From the sequence record MZ234015.1: a DNA stretch of 64,000 nucleotides; one strand, given 5' to 3'. Position 1 is the stretch's first letter. Every line of letters starts with the position of its first letter. Below the pieces are notes generated by a model. That model saw only the letters and a list, made by a program, of their open reading frames with translations, ran no database searches and was not told where the DNA came from. Positions 10,662 to 20,039 of this stretch are shown one piece after another. Source of the stretch: Escherichia phage vB_EcoP-101114BS3. A program made the position numbers and the translations under genes.

Positions 10662-11223
10662 TCCAGTTTAAATAATCTACTGCATCTTCTACAGTAGAAT
10701 TATTCGCTAGGTAGTATGTATTTCTCTGACTACCTTCAATGTAGGAACGAGAATCTCCTTTAAAATCACAACCTTCACGAATCACCTGAATTACCTGAAC
10801 ATGGAAATGTTTCTCTAGTTCTTCAACTTCGGCTTTGAACCCACCATCAGAGAAGACGATAACATCATTCTGTGATGGGATACGTTGTTGAATACTGCTA
10901 ACAGCAAGTTTACCCATGCAGGTCTCACCAAACATAGGCTTCAGGTAATTCTCGCTAGTTGCAATCATCAAGTCTCGAACTGACTTACCGTCCCATTCAG
11001 GACGGCTATGTTCTTTCCACTCACGATCGTTGTACAGCTCCATGAACTCATAAAGAGGTAGACCTAATGCAGCAGCAGCCACTCGATACATAGGCTCCTT
11101 AAAAGCCTTTACATGAGGCCTAAACTCGGTGTTACCAAGTGTTTTCTCTAACCAAGAATTAGCGATTGTATCTTTACCACAACCCGGTGGTCCATTCAGA
11201 ATTACTACTAATGGTTTACTCAT
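10627..11223 (-). CDS. Deoxynucleoside monophosphate kinase (P-loop)
   Basis: N-terminal Walker A LNGPPGCGKDT typical of phage dNMP kinases. Confidence 0.7.
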   Translation of the reverse strand: MSKPLVVILNGPPGCGKDTIANSWLEKTLGNTEFRPHVKAFKEPMYRVAAAALGLPLYEFMELYNDREWKEHSRPEWDGKSVRDLMIATSENYLKPMFGETCMGKLAVSSIQQRIPSQNDVIVFSDGGFKAEVEELEKHFHVQVIQVIREGCDFKGDSRSYIEGSQRNTYYLANNSTVEDAVDYLNWIVVRTRRELYV

Positions 11224-11873
11224 TATTGAATCATCCCTTGAAGATCTTCTTTATCAAAGTGCTTCTCTACTACCGCTTCATACAGATCACGATTCTCTGA
11301 ATAACGACGATAGAAGGTTCCGTGTGAAATTCCCAACTCTTGCTGGATGTGATCATGTGGGATGCCGAGAAAGAGCATTGAGAACATGCTTGCCATCTTA
11401 CGGTTTTCCATAATGTCACTCAGGTCTTGGAAGAAGAAAAAGATTCTAGATTCCAAGAACGGGTCTCCAGTAGAATCATGCTTATCCATCGCAATCTCTA
11501 AAGGACTTTCCCATGAATTCATCTCAGGAGGTCTAAACATATCAGCCTCTGGAATAGAGTAGATACGTCGGTCTCCAACTGTCTGGCGATTAGAACGAAT
11601 CGACCAGATGATATTCTTGACACGATAAGTCATGTGCTCAATATCTTTTTCATCAGTGAGCAGAAGTTCTTCTTGCTTTGCAAACACAAAACGCCAAGCG
11701 TTCAGTAATACTTCCTGAGCAACATCCTCTGCCTCGTGATAGTCTTTAATGTCATACATAAAATACTTATGCACAACTTTCCAATTCTCTCGATAGAATT
11801 CATCGAAGGTTGGGTAGTACTTAATAGGTATGCCATGAATACGATAGCGTGTGGGTGTTGTCTTTTTCTTCAT
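11223..11873 (-). CDS. Sigma-70-family RNA polymerase sigma factor (phage-encoded)
   Basis: Region-2-like [17 protein letters not shown] and region-4-like [18 protein letters not shown]. Confidence 0.75.
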   Translation of the reverse strand: MKKKTTPTRYRIHGIPIKYYPTFDEFYRENWKVVHKYFMYDIKDYHEAEDVAQEVLLNAWRFVFAKQEELLLTDEKDIEHMTYRVKNIIWSIRSNRQTVGDRRIYSIPEADMFRPPEMNSWESPLEIAMDKHDSTGDPFLESRIFFFFQDLSDIMENRKMASMFSMLFLGIPHDHIQQELGISHGTFYRRYSENRDLYEAVVEKHFDKEDLQGMIQ

Positions 11874-11897
11874 AAGTCATCCTTAACTTACTTTACA

Positions 11898-12122
11898 TTA
11901 AACTACACAGAATAAATACATTGCTGTTTCAGGGGAAGGTATGTGGTCACTAGGATATCTAACCCTAATCCACTCATCATCTTCTGCTACATAATAAGCC
12001 CAATAAGACCCATTTTCATTAATAAAGAACTTGAAGGTACAACCAAAGATTTGGTTATTGTGTTCCCATACTGCATGAAACTGAGTAACACCTTCTGGTA
12101 TTGTAAGTTCCGCTCTGATCAT
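11898..12122 (-). CDS. Hypothetical protein
   Basis: 74-aa ORF in operon context. Confidence 0.5.
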   Translation of the reverse strand: MIRAELTIPEGVTQFHAVWEHNNQIFGCTFKFFINENGSYWAYYVAEDDEWIRVRYPSDHIPSPETAMYLFCVV

Positions 12123-12379
12123 TGTATTCCTCTCTCCTTTAGAGCTTTAAGCAAACCGTTGTGGTTAGCGGCACAGGTTGTATAAGTGTCCTGATACCAC
12201 TCGAGTGTTGTTGCAAGTGCTACTCCCTGTCCACTCTGAAGTAAAGGGAGGTCTACATCACATTCAGCTTTTAGGTTTGTTGGTAAGGGCATTAGCTGCC
12301 TGCTGTTGTCGCTCGTTGAACAAGCTGACATACTCATCACTAGCACACACATTGTAAAAAACTGGCTTAGTCTTTTCAT
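12119..12379 (-). CDS. Outer-membrane lipoprotein, o-spanin (Rz1-like) candidate
   Basis: Signal peptide with lipobox-like MSMSAC and Pro-rich mature part; overlaps the 3' end of the upstream TM/coiled-coil gene in another frame. Confidence 0.5.
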   Translation of the reverse strand: MKRLSQFFTMCVLVMSMSACSTSDNSRQLMPLPTNLKAECDVDLPLLQSGQGVALATTLEWYQDTYTTCAANHNGLLKALKERGIQ

Positions 12380-12611
12380 AATGCATCTCTTTGTAAATAG
12401 TTTCCGTGTTCTTCTTCCAGTTAGATAAACCAGTCAGAACTTTCTGAGCCACTTCATCAGCAGCCTTAGCTCTCTCAACCTCAATCTCTTGCTGTTTCTT
12501 CTCATGGTCAAGAGCATTACTATCACTTCTGTATTGCTCAAACTTGACACCACCAAAGAAAATAATAGCTGTGAAAATAAGAAAGCCTATATTGTTTTGA
12601 AGCTTTTCCAT
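12264..12611 (-). CDS. i-spanin (Rz-like) candidate: N-terminal TM segment plus coiled coil
   Basis: ATG at 12611 preceded by GGAG; hydrophobic IGFLIFTAIIFFGG then charged helical region; the ORF-track start at 12635 is a GTG inside the upstream terminator. Confidence 0.5.
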   Translation of the reverse strand: MEKLQNNIGFLIFTAIIFFGGVKFEQYRSDSNALDHEKKQQEIEVERAKAADEVAQKVLTGLSNWKKNTETIYKEMHYEKTKPVFYNVCASDEYVSLFNERQQQAANALTNKPKS

Positions 12612-12624
12612 TTTAACTCCAACG

Positions 12625-12646
12625 AAAAAAGCCACCCGAAGGTGGC
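12625..12646 (-). terminator. Rho-independent terminator
   Basis: Minus-sense GCCACC-UUCG-GGUGGC hairpin followed by a U6 tract, immediately after the SSB stop codon. Confidence 0.65.
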
Positions 12647-12670
12647 TAAGCTATTACAAGGAGAGATTCA

Positions 12671-13411
12671 TTAGAAAGGGCTGTCATCTTCTTCAAAGGT
12701 AGACTGCGGCTCTTCGTTAATAGTAGGGATACTTGGAGTAGCATCTTTCTGTTCAGTATCAGAAGCTTTAGTAACTTCACGACCAGCCAGAGGGATGTTC
12801 TTAGCATCATTAGCTTGGGTCAGAAGATTACGTTGGAATGGGAAGATTGCTTGATAAGCAGCCAAGTTAGCATCAGTCTCAGCATACGGTTCGAAGAAGA
12901 TCAACTCACTACGAGGGGCACCTACAGCATCACGATATTTGGTAGGGATTGGAGTGATACTCTTAATGGAGTTTTTCTTCTCACCAGCTTTGTTTACATA
13001 GGAATTAACCAGAATGTTAACAGGCTGACCTAGCAGCATATCTTTAAACCAACCCAAATCACCTTTCAGTGCTTGAACACTTGGGTCGATCATTTTAATC
13101 AGATTCAGAATACCAGAGTTCTTAGCTCGTGGGTTTACGTCGAAAGTTTTAAACTGGCAAGCAGGACGAGGGTCCAGAGGTTTGCCTTCATTATCAGTCC
13201 CTGTTGCATCTACGCCAATCAGCTCAAAAGCTAAGTCCATACGGAAAGCTGGGTTCTTAGGGGTAACTGCTTTGGTCTTAGGGTCAATCCAAGGGTCACG
13301 ATTGTGAACACCTAAACCTACAACACGAACAATACGTGCTTCGTACTCACCATCAGGGATTACATCGTAGTTGGATTTACGGGATACAGACAGTTCAGGG
13401 ATCATAGACAT
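12671..13411 (-). CDS. Single-stranded DNA-binding protein
   Basis: Acidic C-terminal tail ending EEDDSPF (SSB-type tail with terminal Phe); replication-module context. Confidence 0.65.
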   Translation of the reverse strand: MSMIPELSVSRKSNYDVIPDGEYEARIVRVVGLGVHNRDPWIDPKTKAVTPKNPAFRMDLAFELIGVDATGTDNEGKPLDPRPACQFKTFDVNPRAKNSGILNLIKMIDPSVQALKGDLGWFKDMLLGQPVNILVNSYVNKAGEKKNSIKSITPIPTKYRDAVGAPRSELIFFEPYAETDANLAAYQAIFPFQRNLLTQANDAKNIPLAGREVTKASDTEQKDATPSIPTINEEPQSTFEEDDSPF

Positions 13412-13468
13412 ATTAATATTTCCTTATATAAATTTAAGATTGTTGCTCTCTTTGAGCGGTTTGTATAC

Positions 13469-13480
13469 TATATACATTAC
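13469..13480 (-). promoter_or_regulatory. TAATGTATATA motif (minus-strand copy) upstream of the SSB gene
   Basis: Minus-sense GTAATGTATATAG about 60-70 nt upstream of the SSB start codon. Confidence 0.35.
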
Positions 13481-13540
13481 ACTTATACAGATAAGGTTCT
13501 ATTATACTATAACCTTTTTGGTAGTAGATAATGACAAGTA

Positions 13541-13552
13541 GTAATGTATATA
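13541..13552 (+). promoter_or_regulatory. TAATGTATATA motif (plus-strand copy) in the same intergenic region
   Basis: GTAATGTATATATGG on the plus strand pointing into a ~270-bp region with no ORF. Confidence 0.3.
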
Positions 13553-13825
13553 TGGTATAGCTAGTAAAGCTATTGCAGGCTTGTATATTGGGCAATCATT
13601 GTAACCCTTGCAAGTACCGAAGGGCAGGAGACACCTGCGAGATAAAATAGAGAATTAAGGAAATCCTTGATTTAGGTTGTAGGGACTCCTAGGGACTTTG
13701 ATTCTCTATTTAAAAGAATATTAATTACTTACTACCTAAATAATTAACTAACTTACTTAAACCAAACTCAAGAATAATAGATAAAAAGATTATTCCTAAG
13801 AAAGCTAAAAAGTAAAGGATATAAG

Positions 13826-14446
13826 TTACCATTCAAGTAAACCTTTAAAGTTAGTTTGTTCTACTATCCTCTGATAAGGTAAGTTAGATTCTGCTTGTTT
13901 GCTTAACACCTCTTGTACTTTATCAGTAATTGAATAATCTTTTTGTAATAAAGAAGCTACCCACTCTTTCCTACTTTCCAGTTCTTTTCTAATCTCTTGC
14001 AGAGACACAGCTCTGTAATCAATTTGTTCCATAGAAGTACAGAAGTATCTCCAATCTCTGATAGTAGAATTATGAGTATGAGCATAGATATTATACTTTC
14101 CTCTCATTTCATCAGAGTGAATAGGAATATGAGTTACCCAAAACTCTTTGTACTTATAATCACCACTGATGTGTCTAAAGACTTTCATCATATCAGGGAG
14201 AAGTTCTAATCTGTCATGGTTTCCTAAGACAAGATGTTTCTCTCCTTTTACTTCAGCGATAATATCAAGTGCATATTTCTCAAACACCCAATCACCTGTA
14301 AAGAAAGTTTTATCACGTTTAGTAACATGGTCAAACGCTGCTAAGATAGCTTTGTCGTGTTCTTCAATACTACTAAACTTCTTCCTAAAGTTACAGATGT
14401 TACGATGGCCTAGGTGACCATCACCTGCAAAATAAACTTCAGCCAT
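13826..14446 (-). CDS. Calcineurin-like metallophosphoesterase (Ser/Thr phosphatase-like)
   Basis: GDGHLGH (GDxHG), LGNHD (GNHD) and later His motifs. Confidence 0.8.
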   Translation of the reverse strand: MAEVYFAGDGHLGHRNICNFRKKFSSIEEHDKAILAAFDHVTKRDKTFFTGDWVFEKYALDIIAEVKGEKHLVLGNHDRLELLPDMMKVFRHISGDYKYKEFWVTHIPIHSDEMRGKYNIYAHTHNSTIRDWRYFCTSMEQIDYRAVSLQEIRKELESRKEWVASLLQKDYSITDKVQEVLSKQAESNLPYQRIVEQTNFKGLLEW

Positions 14447-14675
14447 TCTCGTATGTGTCCTCGTAATATGAGTAGTTGAAGGATTCAGCTTTCGTTTCAG
14501 CCTCCTCCCTATCGTCTGTTTCTAAAATAACTCTCCAGCCAAAACCCTCAGGATACTCAGCCCCTTCGTCTAGCCAGACTTTATATCGTTTAGATAGTGC
14601 AACCATCGCAGATGTAATCTCCACTGAGTGACTCTTGTAGGAGGCGAGATTGTTCATCTGACACCAGTTTGTCAA
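14439..14675 (-). CDS. Hypothetical acidic protein (paralog of 15174-15389)
   Basis: KVWLDEGAEYPEGFGWRVILETDDREEAE aligns with YSVWFNEVEEGFDEVGGWVNILNTDDIEEAE; start uncertain. Confidence 0.5.
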   Translation of the reverse strand: MTNWCQMNNLASYKSHSVEITSAMVALSKRYKVWLDEGAEYPEGFGWRVILETDDREEAETKAESFNYSYYEDTYENG

Positions 14676-14793
14676 CCTCCTCTTTCAGAGCCATAAGGTC
14701 AACAAAGGTTAGTAGCTCATGCCGGTCAGCAATTATTTGGTATTTGTAATCACTGATGTGCCCTACGGTTTGTGCGACGTAAATATTAGACAT
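14590..14793 (-). CDS. Hypothetical protein
   Basis: 67-aa ORF; partly overlaps the over-extended neighbour. Confidence 0.4.
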   Translation of the reverse strand: MSNIYVAQTVGHISDYKYQIIADRHELLTFVDLMALKEEVDKLVSDEQSRLLQESLSGDYICDGCTI

Positions 14794-15017
14794 TATAAGA
14801 TCTCCCTTTGTTTAGCGTTAATGACTGACATTGCTGTGATTGGATTATTTGTTCCGAGATACTCTAGAACAGGTGGACTGCTAACTGGTTTATCAGCCTC
14901 CACATAATTCTTAACCTTGCCACCAAGAACCGCTAGAGAAGCCTGAGCTTCCGCTTCATCATAGTGAATTCGGTCAACTGTTTTCTTTCCAATCCTATAA
15001 GTGTGAACGTAAATCAT
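14793..15017 (-). CDS. Hypothetical protein
   Basis: 74-aa ORF abutting neighbours (stop/start overlap). Confidence 0.45.
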   Translation of the reverse strand: MIYVHTYRIGKKTVDRIHYDEAEAQASLAVLGGKVKNYVEADKPVSSPPVLEYLGTNNPITAMSVINAKQREIL

Positions 15018-15220
15018 TTAACTTCCTCAATATCAACTAATTCAAAACTTCCTATTTCTTCAAGCTTAATAATCTCTTTAACTTTCTCAACAGCTTTAAT
15101 AGGGTTTTCTTCTTCTACAACTTTACACCCTGATACTTCAAGACTGCCTGTTCCACGAAGGTATAAATTCAACTTATAAACTACTTTGTAGTATCTCATC
15201 GTGCTCCCAATTTCTTTCAT
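15014..15220 (-). CDS. Hypothetical protein
   Basis: 68-aa ORF with start/stop overlap typical of phage operons. Confidence 0.45.
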   Translation of the reverse strand: MKEIGSTMRYYKVVYKLNLYLRGTGSLEVSGCKVVEEENPIKAVEKVKEIIKLEEIGSFELVDIEEVK

Positions 15221-15389
15221 AATATCCAGAGTTGTAGTTTAGGGCGCATTTCTCGGCCTCTTCTATGTCGTCTGTGTTTAGGATATTAACCCAACCACCA
15301 ACTTCATCAAAACCCTCTTCTACCTCATTGAACCACACGCTGTATTTCTTCATCTTGATAAGACCCTTCCCCAATCCTTGATGTAACAT
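15174..15389 (-). CDS. Hypothetical acidic protein (paralog of 14439-14675)
   Basis: Shared motif with 14439-14675; start uncertain. Confidence 0.5.
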   Translation of the reverse strand: MLHQGLGKGLIKMKKYSVWFNEVEEGFDEVGGWVNILNTDDIEEAEKCALNYNSGYYERNWEHDEILQSSL

Positions 15390-15525
15390 CGACCATCAAC
15401 CCACTTGGTCTCTGATTTAAACTTTTGAGAGATTCTTGTTTCACAGTCTTCTTTACTGTAATCACCAAGAGCATCCATCACCCAAAGAAACAGAGCAATT
15501 ACAATAGACCAGATTAGAAACTTCT

Positions 15526-15918
15526 TCATCGTATCACCAGAGGCTCTTCAGAGTACACAGGAGAGGTTATTTCTACCGGAGGTGCTGCTCTAAGGTCATT
15601 AAGCCTTACGCCCTTCAGCATACCATCTAGGTGGTCCATTTTAGGGATACCTACAGGGAAGTCATCAATCCAAACATCCACAAAGAAACCCAAGCTCTGA
15701 GTGACGGAATCCTTCTGAACACCATTGCAAAAGATAACAGGAATATCTAGACTTGCTGCATCTGCTAGAAGCTCCTCATTTGAATACCCATTAGGTTGAG
15801 CAAAACGATAGGTGACAATACGTACATCATGTCCACGAGATTTCATAAGACCTACAATGTGGGTCCACATCTCTTTGTCCACTGTAAAAGTGTCATCATA
15901 ATCTAAACCAATATTCAT
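15526..15918 (-). CDS. HAD-superfamily phosphatase-like protein
   Basis: N-terminal MNIGLDYDDT fits the DxDxT motif; remainder not assessed. Confidence 0.45.
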   Translation of the reverse strand: MNIGLDYDDTFTVDKEMWTHIVGLMKSRGHDVRIVTYRFAQPNGYSNEELLADAASLDIPVIFCNGVQKDSVTQSLGFFVDVWIDDFPVGIPKMDHLDGMLKGVRLNDLRAAPPVEITSPVYSEEPLVIR

Positions 15919-15934
15919 ATTAGCCTCTTAGACA

Positions 15935-15956
15935 AGAAAAGCCACCCGAAGGTAGC
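15935..15956 (-). terminator. Rho-independent terminator
   Basis: Minus-sense GCUACC-UUCG-GGUGGC hairpin followed by a U-rich run, right after the stop of 15957-16202. Confidence 0.55.
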
Positions 15957-16202
15957 TTATTTATTCTGTGTTTCCAGTTCGCTGATACGAACTTTCAAAC
16001 CGTTAATCTCAGCCTGAGCAGCTTCTAGTTTAATTAGAGCTTCTTCAGCGTCAGCTTCTGTTTGAAGAACCGCAGTGGTTAGTTCGTATAAAGCTTGGCG
16101 GAGAGAATCTTTTCCCATAGCATGAATCTGTGCAACAAAGAATTGCTTACCTTCCGTGGTTTCCAAAGTCTCTTTTAATTCTTTAGATGTTAAAGTCATC
16201 AT
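15957..16202 (-). CDS. Hypothetical coiled-coil protein
   Basis: 81-aa ORF, heptad-like charged sequence. Confidence 0.5.
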   Translation of the reverse strand: MMTLTSKELKETLETTEGKQFFVAQIHAMGKDSLRQALYELTTAVLQTEADAEEALIKLEAAQAEINGLKVRISELETQNK

Positions 16203-16581
16203 TACTCCCTTTCATAAATTTTAAGAACTGTACCGCCATCTGCTTCAATCTGAGCAACTACTTCATCGCGCTCTTCATCAGAATAAACCAGTTGGTTGTG
16301 AAATTTGCCTGTACTATCTTGGAAATACACATTCCATTTTGGAGCAGGTTTACGAATCAAATCCATCATTGATCTTTCTCCTCTCGTTCAACCCATGTAT
16401 GGAAAAGCTCCCCATACACTTTGGCATCATCAAAACGTCCTTCTTCCTGTGCGAGTTTTTGTTGCTTCAAGCACCATTCAGAACTTTTTACTTCTTCCAC
16501 TTCCTTGTCTCCTTAAAAAGAACTAATCAATAAGACTAGTTCATTTCATAATACGATTCAGCTCTTCCACTGAACTAATCA

Positions 16582-16893
16582 CTACTTCTCCACCACAAAG
16601 AGGTTAACTTCAATGAAAGTTTCGTATTGTGTTGACTCCTGCTTACGGGTGTAGTAGAAATGACGACCTTCTAATGCACCTCCGTACTGAGTGGCACATC
16701 TTTTAACCATCTCTTTTATCACATCTACAACTGATTCGCCTTTCCACGGACGTAACCCCTGAGTTGGGACTTTTGCTGTACAGGTTACTTGTGTGTAACC
16801 TACATCTTGTAGAGATATCTCAAGAATCAGCTTTGCCCAAGCATCAAAATTAAGCTTGGGGTTATATTTAACTTCAGTTTTGATATCAATCAT
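16582..16893 (-). CDS. Hypothetical protein
   Basis: 103-aa ORF immediately downstream of the polymerase gene. Confidence 0.55.
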   Translation of the reverse strand: MIDIKTEVKYNPKLNFDAWAKLILEISLQDVGYTQVTCTAKVPTQGLRPWKGESVVDVIKEMVKRCATQYGGALEGRHFYYTRKQESTQYETFIEVNLFVVEK

Positions 16894-18740
16894 TAGTGAG
16901 TATGATTCCAGTTTAATCCAATCTTACAATCTGATGCAAGAGGACATTCCATCTTGAGGTATTCCCCTGCTTTACGAACACATTCTTCAGTGAGGGTACG
17001 AAGTTTGTTAACATCATCACGATGTACAGTGAACTGTCCTTCATCATGCATGTCAATAACCTTCGCACAACGAACACCATCCCGCTCAATCCATTTATTG
17101 AGGAATAGCATTGCATACTTCATAACAATCGCCCCAGCGCTCTGTAAGAGTGTATTTAAGGCTTTATGGACCATAACCTTTCCAGTTGCATCTCTTCTCA
17201 TTGTAATACGACGTCCATCCACACCGTAGATATATCCACTTTGCGCTTTCTCTGTCATACGTTCAATAAGGATTGCAATACAAGGGTTCTCTGCTAAGAA
17301 TCTTGCTCTCATGATAGCCCCTTCGTCAGAGCCACCACCTACAATACTTCCTAACTTAGCGTCACCTGCCCCATAGTTAAAGGCATAGATAAACGTTTTA
17401 GCATTATCACGAGTAGGAAGGCCAGCAAGTTTTTGGTTATGTGAGTGAATATCTCCTTCTAAAAGAATATCTCTATACATAACAGCAGAAGCTAGACCAC
17501 GTTCAGCTTCTCGTTTCTTAGCCGGGTTGTTTTCTCGCTCTGCTTCAGCGAGCATCTCACGACATTCTTTAATAAGGTAGTGAGCTAGCATCCTCAGCTC
17601 AAGACCAGAGCCATCGTAACCTAAGAAGATTTCACGACCAGCAGGAACATAGAACTTATAGGCACCTACGGGTTTGTCTTTCTTGCCCGGTTTTCCCACT
17701 TCGTAGATAATGTTAGTACCCTTTCGTACGTAACACCCATCAGGGATATGGTTGGTAATGATGAAAGGATGGTTATGACTATCGTCTGAGGAATAGTCAG
17801 ATTGAAAAAGACTGCGGCACTCGTGACCAAACAAACCGCGAGAAGGAATATTAACAACAATGCGATGTTTAAAACGAAATGTCGGAGTAGCGCAGCTATT
17901 AGCTTCGGCGGACAACTTACCATCTTTACGTTCCTTGTCGATAAGCCCGCTAATCAAACCTAGCCTGTGAGCCGCTACAACGCGTCTCTTAAGCAAACTT
18001 CCTACACCCCCTAGCTCACCCCCAAGCCCCTCTTCAAGAGTCTCCTCAAGGTTTGTAGGGGCTGTGGGCCACTTGTTTGATGTAGCCAAAGCTTTTTTGA
18101 TTTCATCAAAGGTTACAGGTTTCTTCCTATTCGGATTAAGACCTAAACCACTGACGTAGGCTTTCATGTAGTTGACAGTGTGATAACGGAAATGTTTATC
18201 CAAAAATCTTCGGATATCAGCATCTATCATCTCCGCTGTCTGTTTCTCTTTAGCATTACCTCGAATCCAAGCAGAATACCATGCAGAGTATGTACCATAC
18301 TTCTTCATAGCTCTACGGATTTCAAATGTATTCCAAGGTTTCTTAGAATAATTCCACTCTGGAGGTATGAAGCCCTCATCCATCAAGGCTTCTTTAATAC
18401 GTGCATCTTTCGATGGGTCGAAGTCTACATACTCAACGCAAGTAAACGCCCCACCGATATCTTCTCTTTTAAGACCAACCCTATCGCAATAGAGCTGAGG
18501 CCACTTCTGTAAAGCACCTGATTTCTTAAAAGGCTTAGCATAAGTTGAACCATCCACCCGCATTTTAGGGAGGAGAGGAATCAGTTCTTTATCAATATTG
18601 ACAATAATCTCTTTGAGAAGGTGAACAAACCACCGAGCGTTTCTTCTGTTGAAGTTGACTCCATGCTTCGCTTGTTTTGAGATTATATCAGCGACTGTCA
18701 TCTCCGTTATGAAAGGTAACTTATCAGGGTTATCCATCAC
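16893..18740 (-). CDS. DNA polymerase, family A (polymerase domain only)
   Basis: Motif A YDGSGLELRMLAH, motif B RDNAKTFIYAFNYGAG, motif C IDMHDEGQF; no 3'-5' exonuclease motifs in this ORF. Confidence 0.9.
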   Translation of the reverse strand: MMDNPDKLPFITEMTVADIISKQAKHGVNFNRRNARWFVHLLKEIIVNIDKELIPLLPKMRVDGSTYAKPFKKSGALQKWPQLYCDRVGLKREDIGGAFTCVEYVDFDPSKDARIKEALMDEGFIPPEWNYSKKPWNTFEIRRAMKKYGTYSAWYSAWIRGNAKEKQTAEMIDADIRRFLDKHFRYHTVNYMKAYVSGLGLNPNRKKPVTFDEIKKALATSNKWPTAPTNLEETLEEGLGGELGGVGSLLKRRVVAAHRLGLISGLIDKERKDGKLSAEANSCATPTFRFKHRIVVNIPSRGLFGHECRSLFQSDYSSDDSHNHPFIITNHIPDGCYVRKGTNIIYEVGKPGKKDKPVGAYKFYVPAGREIFLGYDGSGLELRMLAHYLIKECREMLAEAERENNPAKKREAERGLASAVMYRDILLEGDIHSHNQKLAGLPTRDNAKTFIYAFNYGAGDAKLGSIVGGGSDEGAIMRARFLAENPCIAILIERMTEKAQSGYIYGVDGRRITMRRDATGKVMVHKALNTLLQSAGAIVMKYAMLFLNKWIERDGVRCAKVIDMHDEGQFTVHRDDVNKLRTLTEECVRKAGEYLKMECPLASDCKIGLNWNHTH

Positions 18741-18753
18741 CCACTCCTTATAG

Positions 18754-19107
18754 TTATTGGTATATTAAGTCTGTGAATGCTTGGTTGTCTTCAACAATAT
18801 CTAAAGCTTCATATGAATCAGACAATTCATCCACATAAAAGACTGCTGGAATATCTTCTGCTCGCTGTCTACGAGATTCCCTTTGTTCATTGATATTTCT
18901 TTGAACCTGTGCAAGTTTCATACCCCACACCTGCTCATACAACTCTGGATATTTGTCACTAACCACTACATAATTTCGAGCTGGTTGGTTTCTATTAATC
19001 TTCGCTGTCAACTCAATAAACTGGCGAAACTCTTGAATAGAGAGGTTGTCATGAATATTATCCCATTTGAGAACGCAGTGACGTTCTAGGCATTGAGGTA
19101 CTGGCAT
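18754..19107 (-). CDS. Hypothetical protein
   Basis: 117-aa ORF in operon context. Confidence 0.55.
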   Translation of the reverse strand: MPVPQCLERHCVLKWDNIHDNLSIQEFRQFIELTAKINRNQPARNYVVVSDKYPELYEQVWGMKLAQVQRNINEQRESRRQRAEDIPAVFYVDELSDSYEALDIVEDNQAFTDLIYQ

Positions 19108-19110
19108 AAC

Positions 19111-19380
19111 TTACTCCACTGTCGGGAATGGTTTTAGGTTGTTCATGGCTGTACGAACATCAGCACAGATTTCAGGATCACGATAAGAGAGGAATTTACC
19201 ATCCTTACCACGAATCATTACATTAGTCCGTGATGTTTTATTAGGCAATAAAGAAATCCCTCCAATAAGATGGTTGGTAGGGTGTTGTCCTTGATTAACC
19301 TTGTAGTCATGAGTCTGAGCGTCACCATTAAAGAGATGATCACGAATTTGGATTAAGCTAATCTTCATATTATGCACCAA
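19111..19380 (-). CDS. Hypothetical protein (tandem paralog A)
   Basis: RTNVMIRGKDGKFLSYRD...NLKPFP matches the neighbour's RTNVALRGPDGKFISFRD...NLKPFP. Confidence 0.55.
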   Translation of the reverse strand: MVHNMKISLIQIRDHLFNGDAQTHDYKVNQGQHPTNHLIGGISLLPNKTSRTNVMIRGKDGKFLSYRDPEICADVRTAMNNLKPFPTVE

Positions 19381-19657
19381 AGTTAGGGAAAGGTTTCAGA
19401 TTTTCAATAGACTTAGCAATACGCTTAGGAACAGCCTTATCACGGAAGGAGATGAACTTTCCATCAGGACCACGAAGGGCTACATTAGTACGAGCTGTTG
19501 TTTTGTTAAACTGAATCATCTCAACAGAGCTTGTAACATTTTCTACAGGAAAAGTATAGCTCTCAGTTGTGTTCAGAGAAGGGAGGAAATCAGTTACAGT
19601 GATGTAAGTTACTTTAGACATATTTATTACCTTAGGTTCTATAAAAGAAAAGGCCAC
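19370..19657 (-). CDS. Hypothetical protein (tandem paralog B)
   Basis: See 19111-19380. Confidence 0.55.
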   Translation of the reverse strand: MAFSFIEPKVINMSKVTYITVTDFLPSLNTTESYTFPVENVTSSVEMIQFNKTTARTNVALRGPDGKFISFRDKAVPKRIAKSIENLKPFPNFGA

Positions 19658-19674
19658 CCGAAATGGGTAGCCTT
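19642..19674 (-). terminator. Terminator-like hairpin with U-rich tail
   Basis: 10-bp stem with one mismatch (AAGGCCACCC / GGGTAGCCTT), loop GAAAT, then a minus-sense U-rich run. Confidence 0.4.
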
Positions 19675-19688
19675 ATATCAACTTGAGC

Positions 19689-19973
19689 TTAAAGCTCCTT
19701 TGCGACCGCCTGCTGATTTTCCAGCACGATCTCCACTTTTGCCGCCGTTCGAGCGATTTCGAGAGACTGATTCAACACGTAAGTTACTTGACGCATTAGA
19801 ACCTCCCGACTTGATTGATCGTTTGTGTCCAACATCTTTACCTCGGACAGCAGCTTTTCCATCGCGCTTTTCAACGATGCGACGTGCACGGTGGCGCTGA
19901 GCATCTCCGCTCTTGCTACCAACGCCGGTCTCACCCCTTGCGATTGCAGTTCTTCGTTCTTGTGCATAATCAC
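19689..19973 (-). CDS. Hypothetical helical protein (an alternative-frame ORF 19678-19995 also exists)
   Basis: 94-aa ORF with a balanced helical sequence; the overlapping 105-aa ORF in another frame is Arg/Gly/Ser-biased; local GC looks raised. Confidence 0.4.
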   Translation of the reverse strand: MIMHKNEELQSQGVRPALVARAEMLSATVHVASLKSAMEKLLSEVKMLDTNDQSSREVLMRQVTYVLNQSLEIARTAAKVEIVLENQQAVAKEL

Positions 19974-20039
19974 GTTTCGCCTTATCGGTCATCATAACTC
20001 CTTAATATATCAGTGTACACTAAGGAGTATACATTATGT

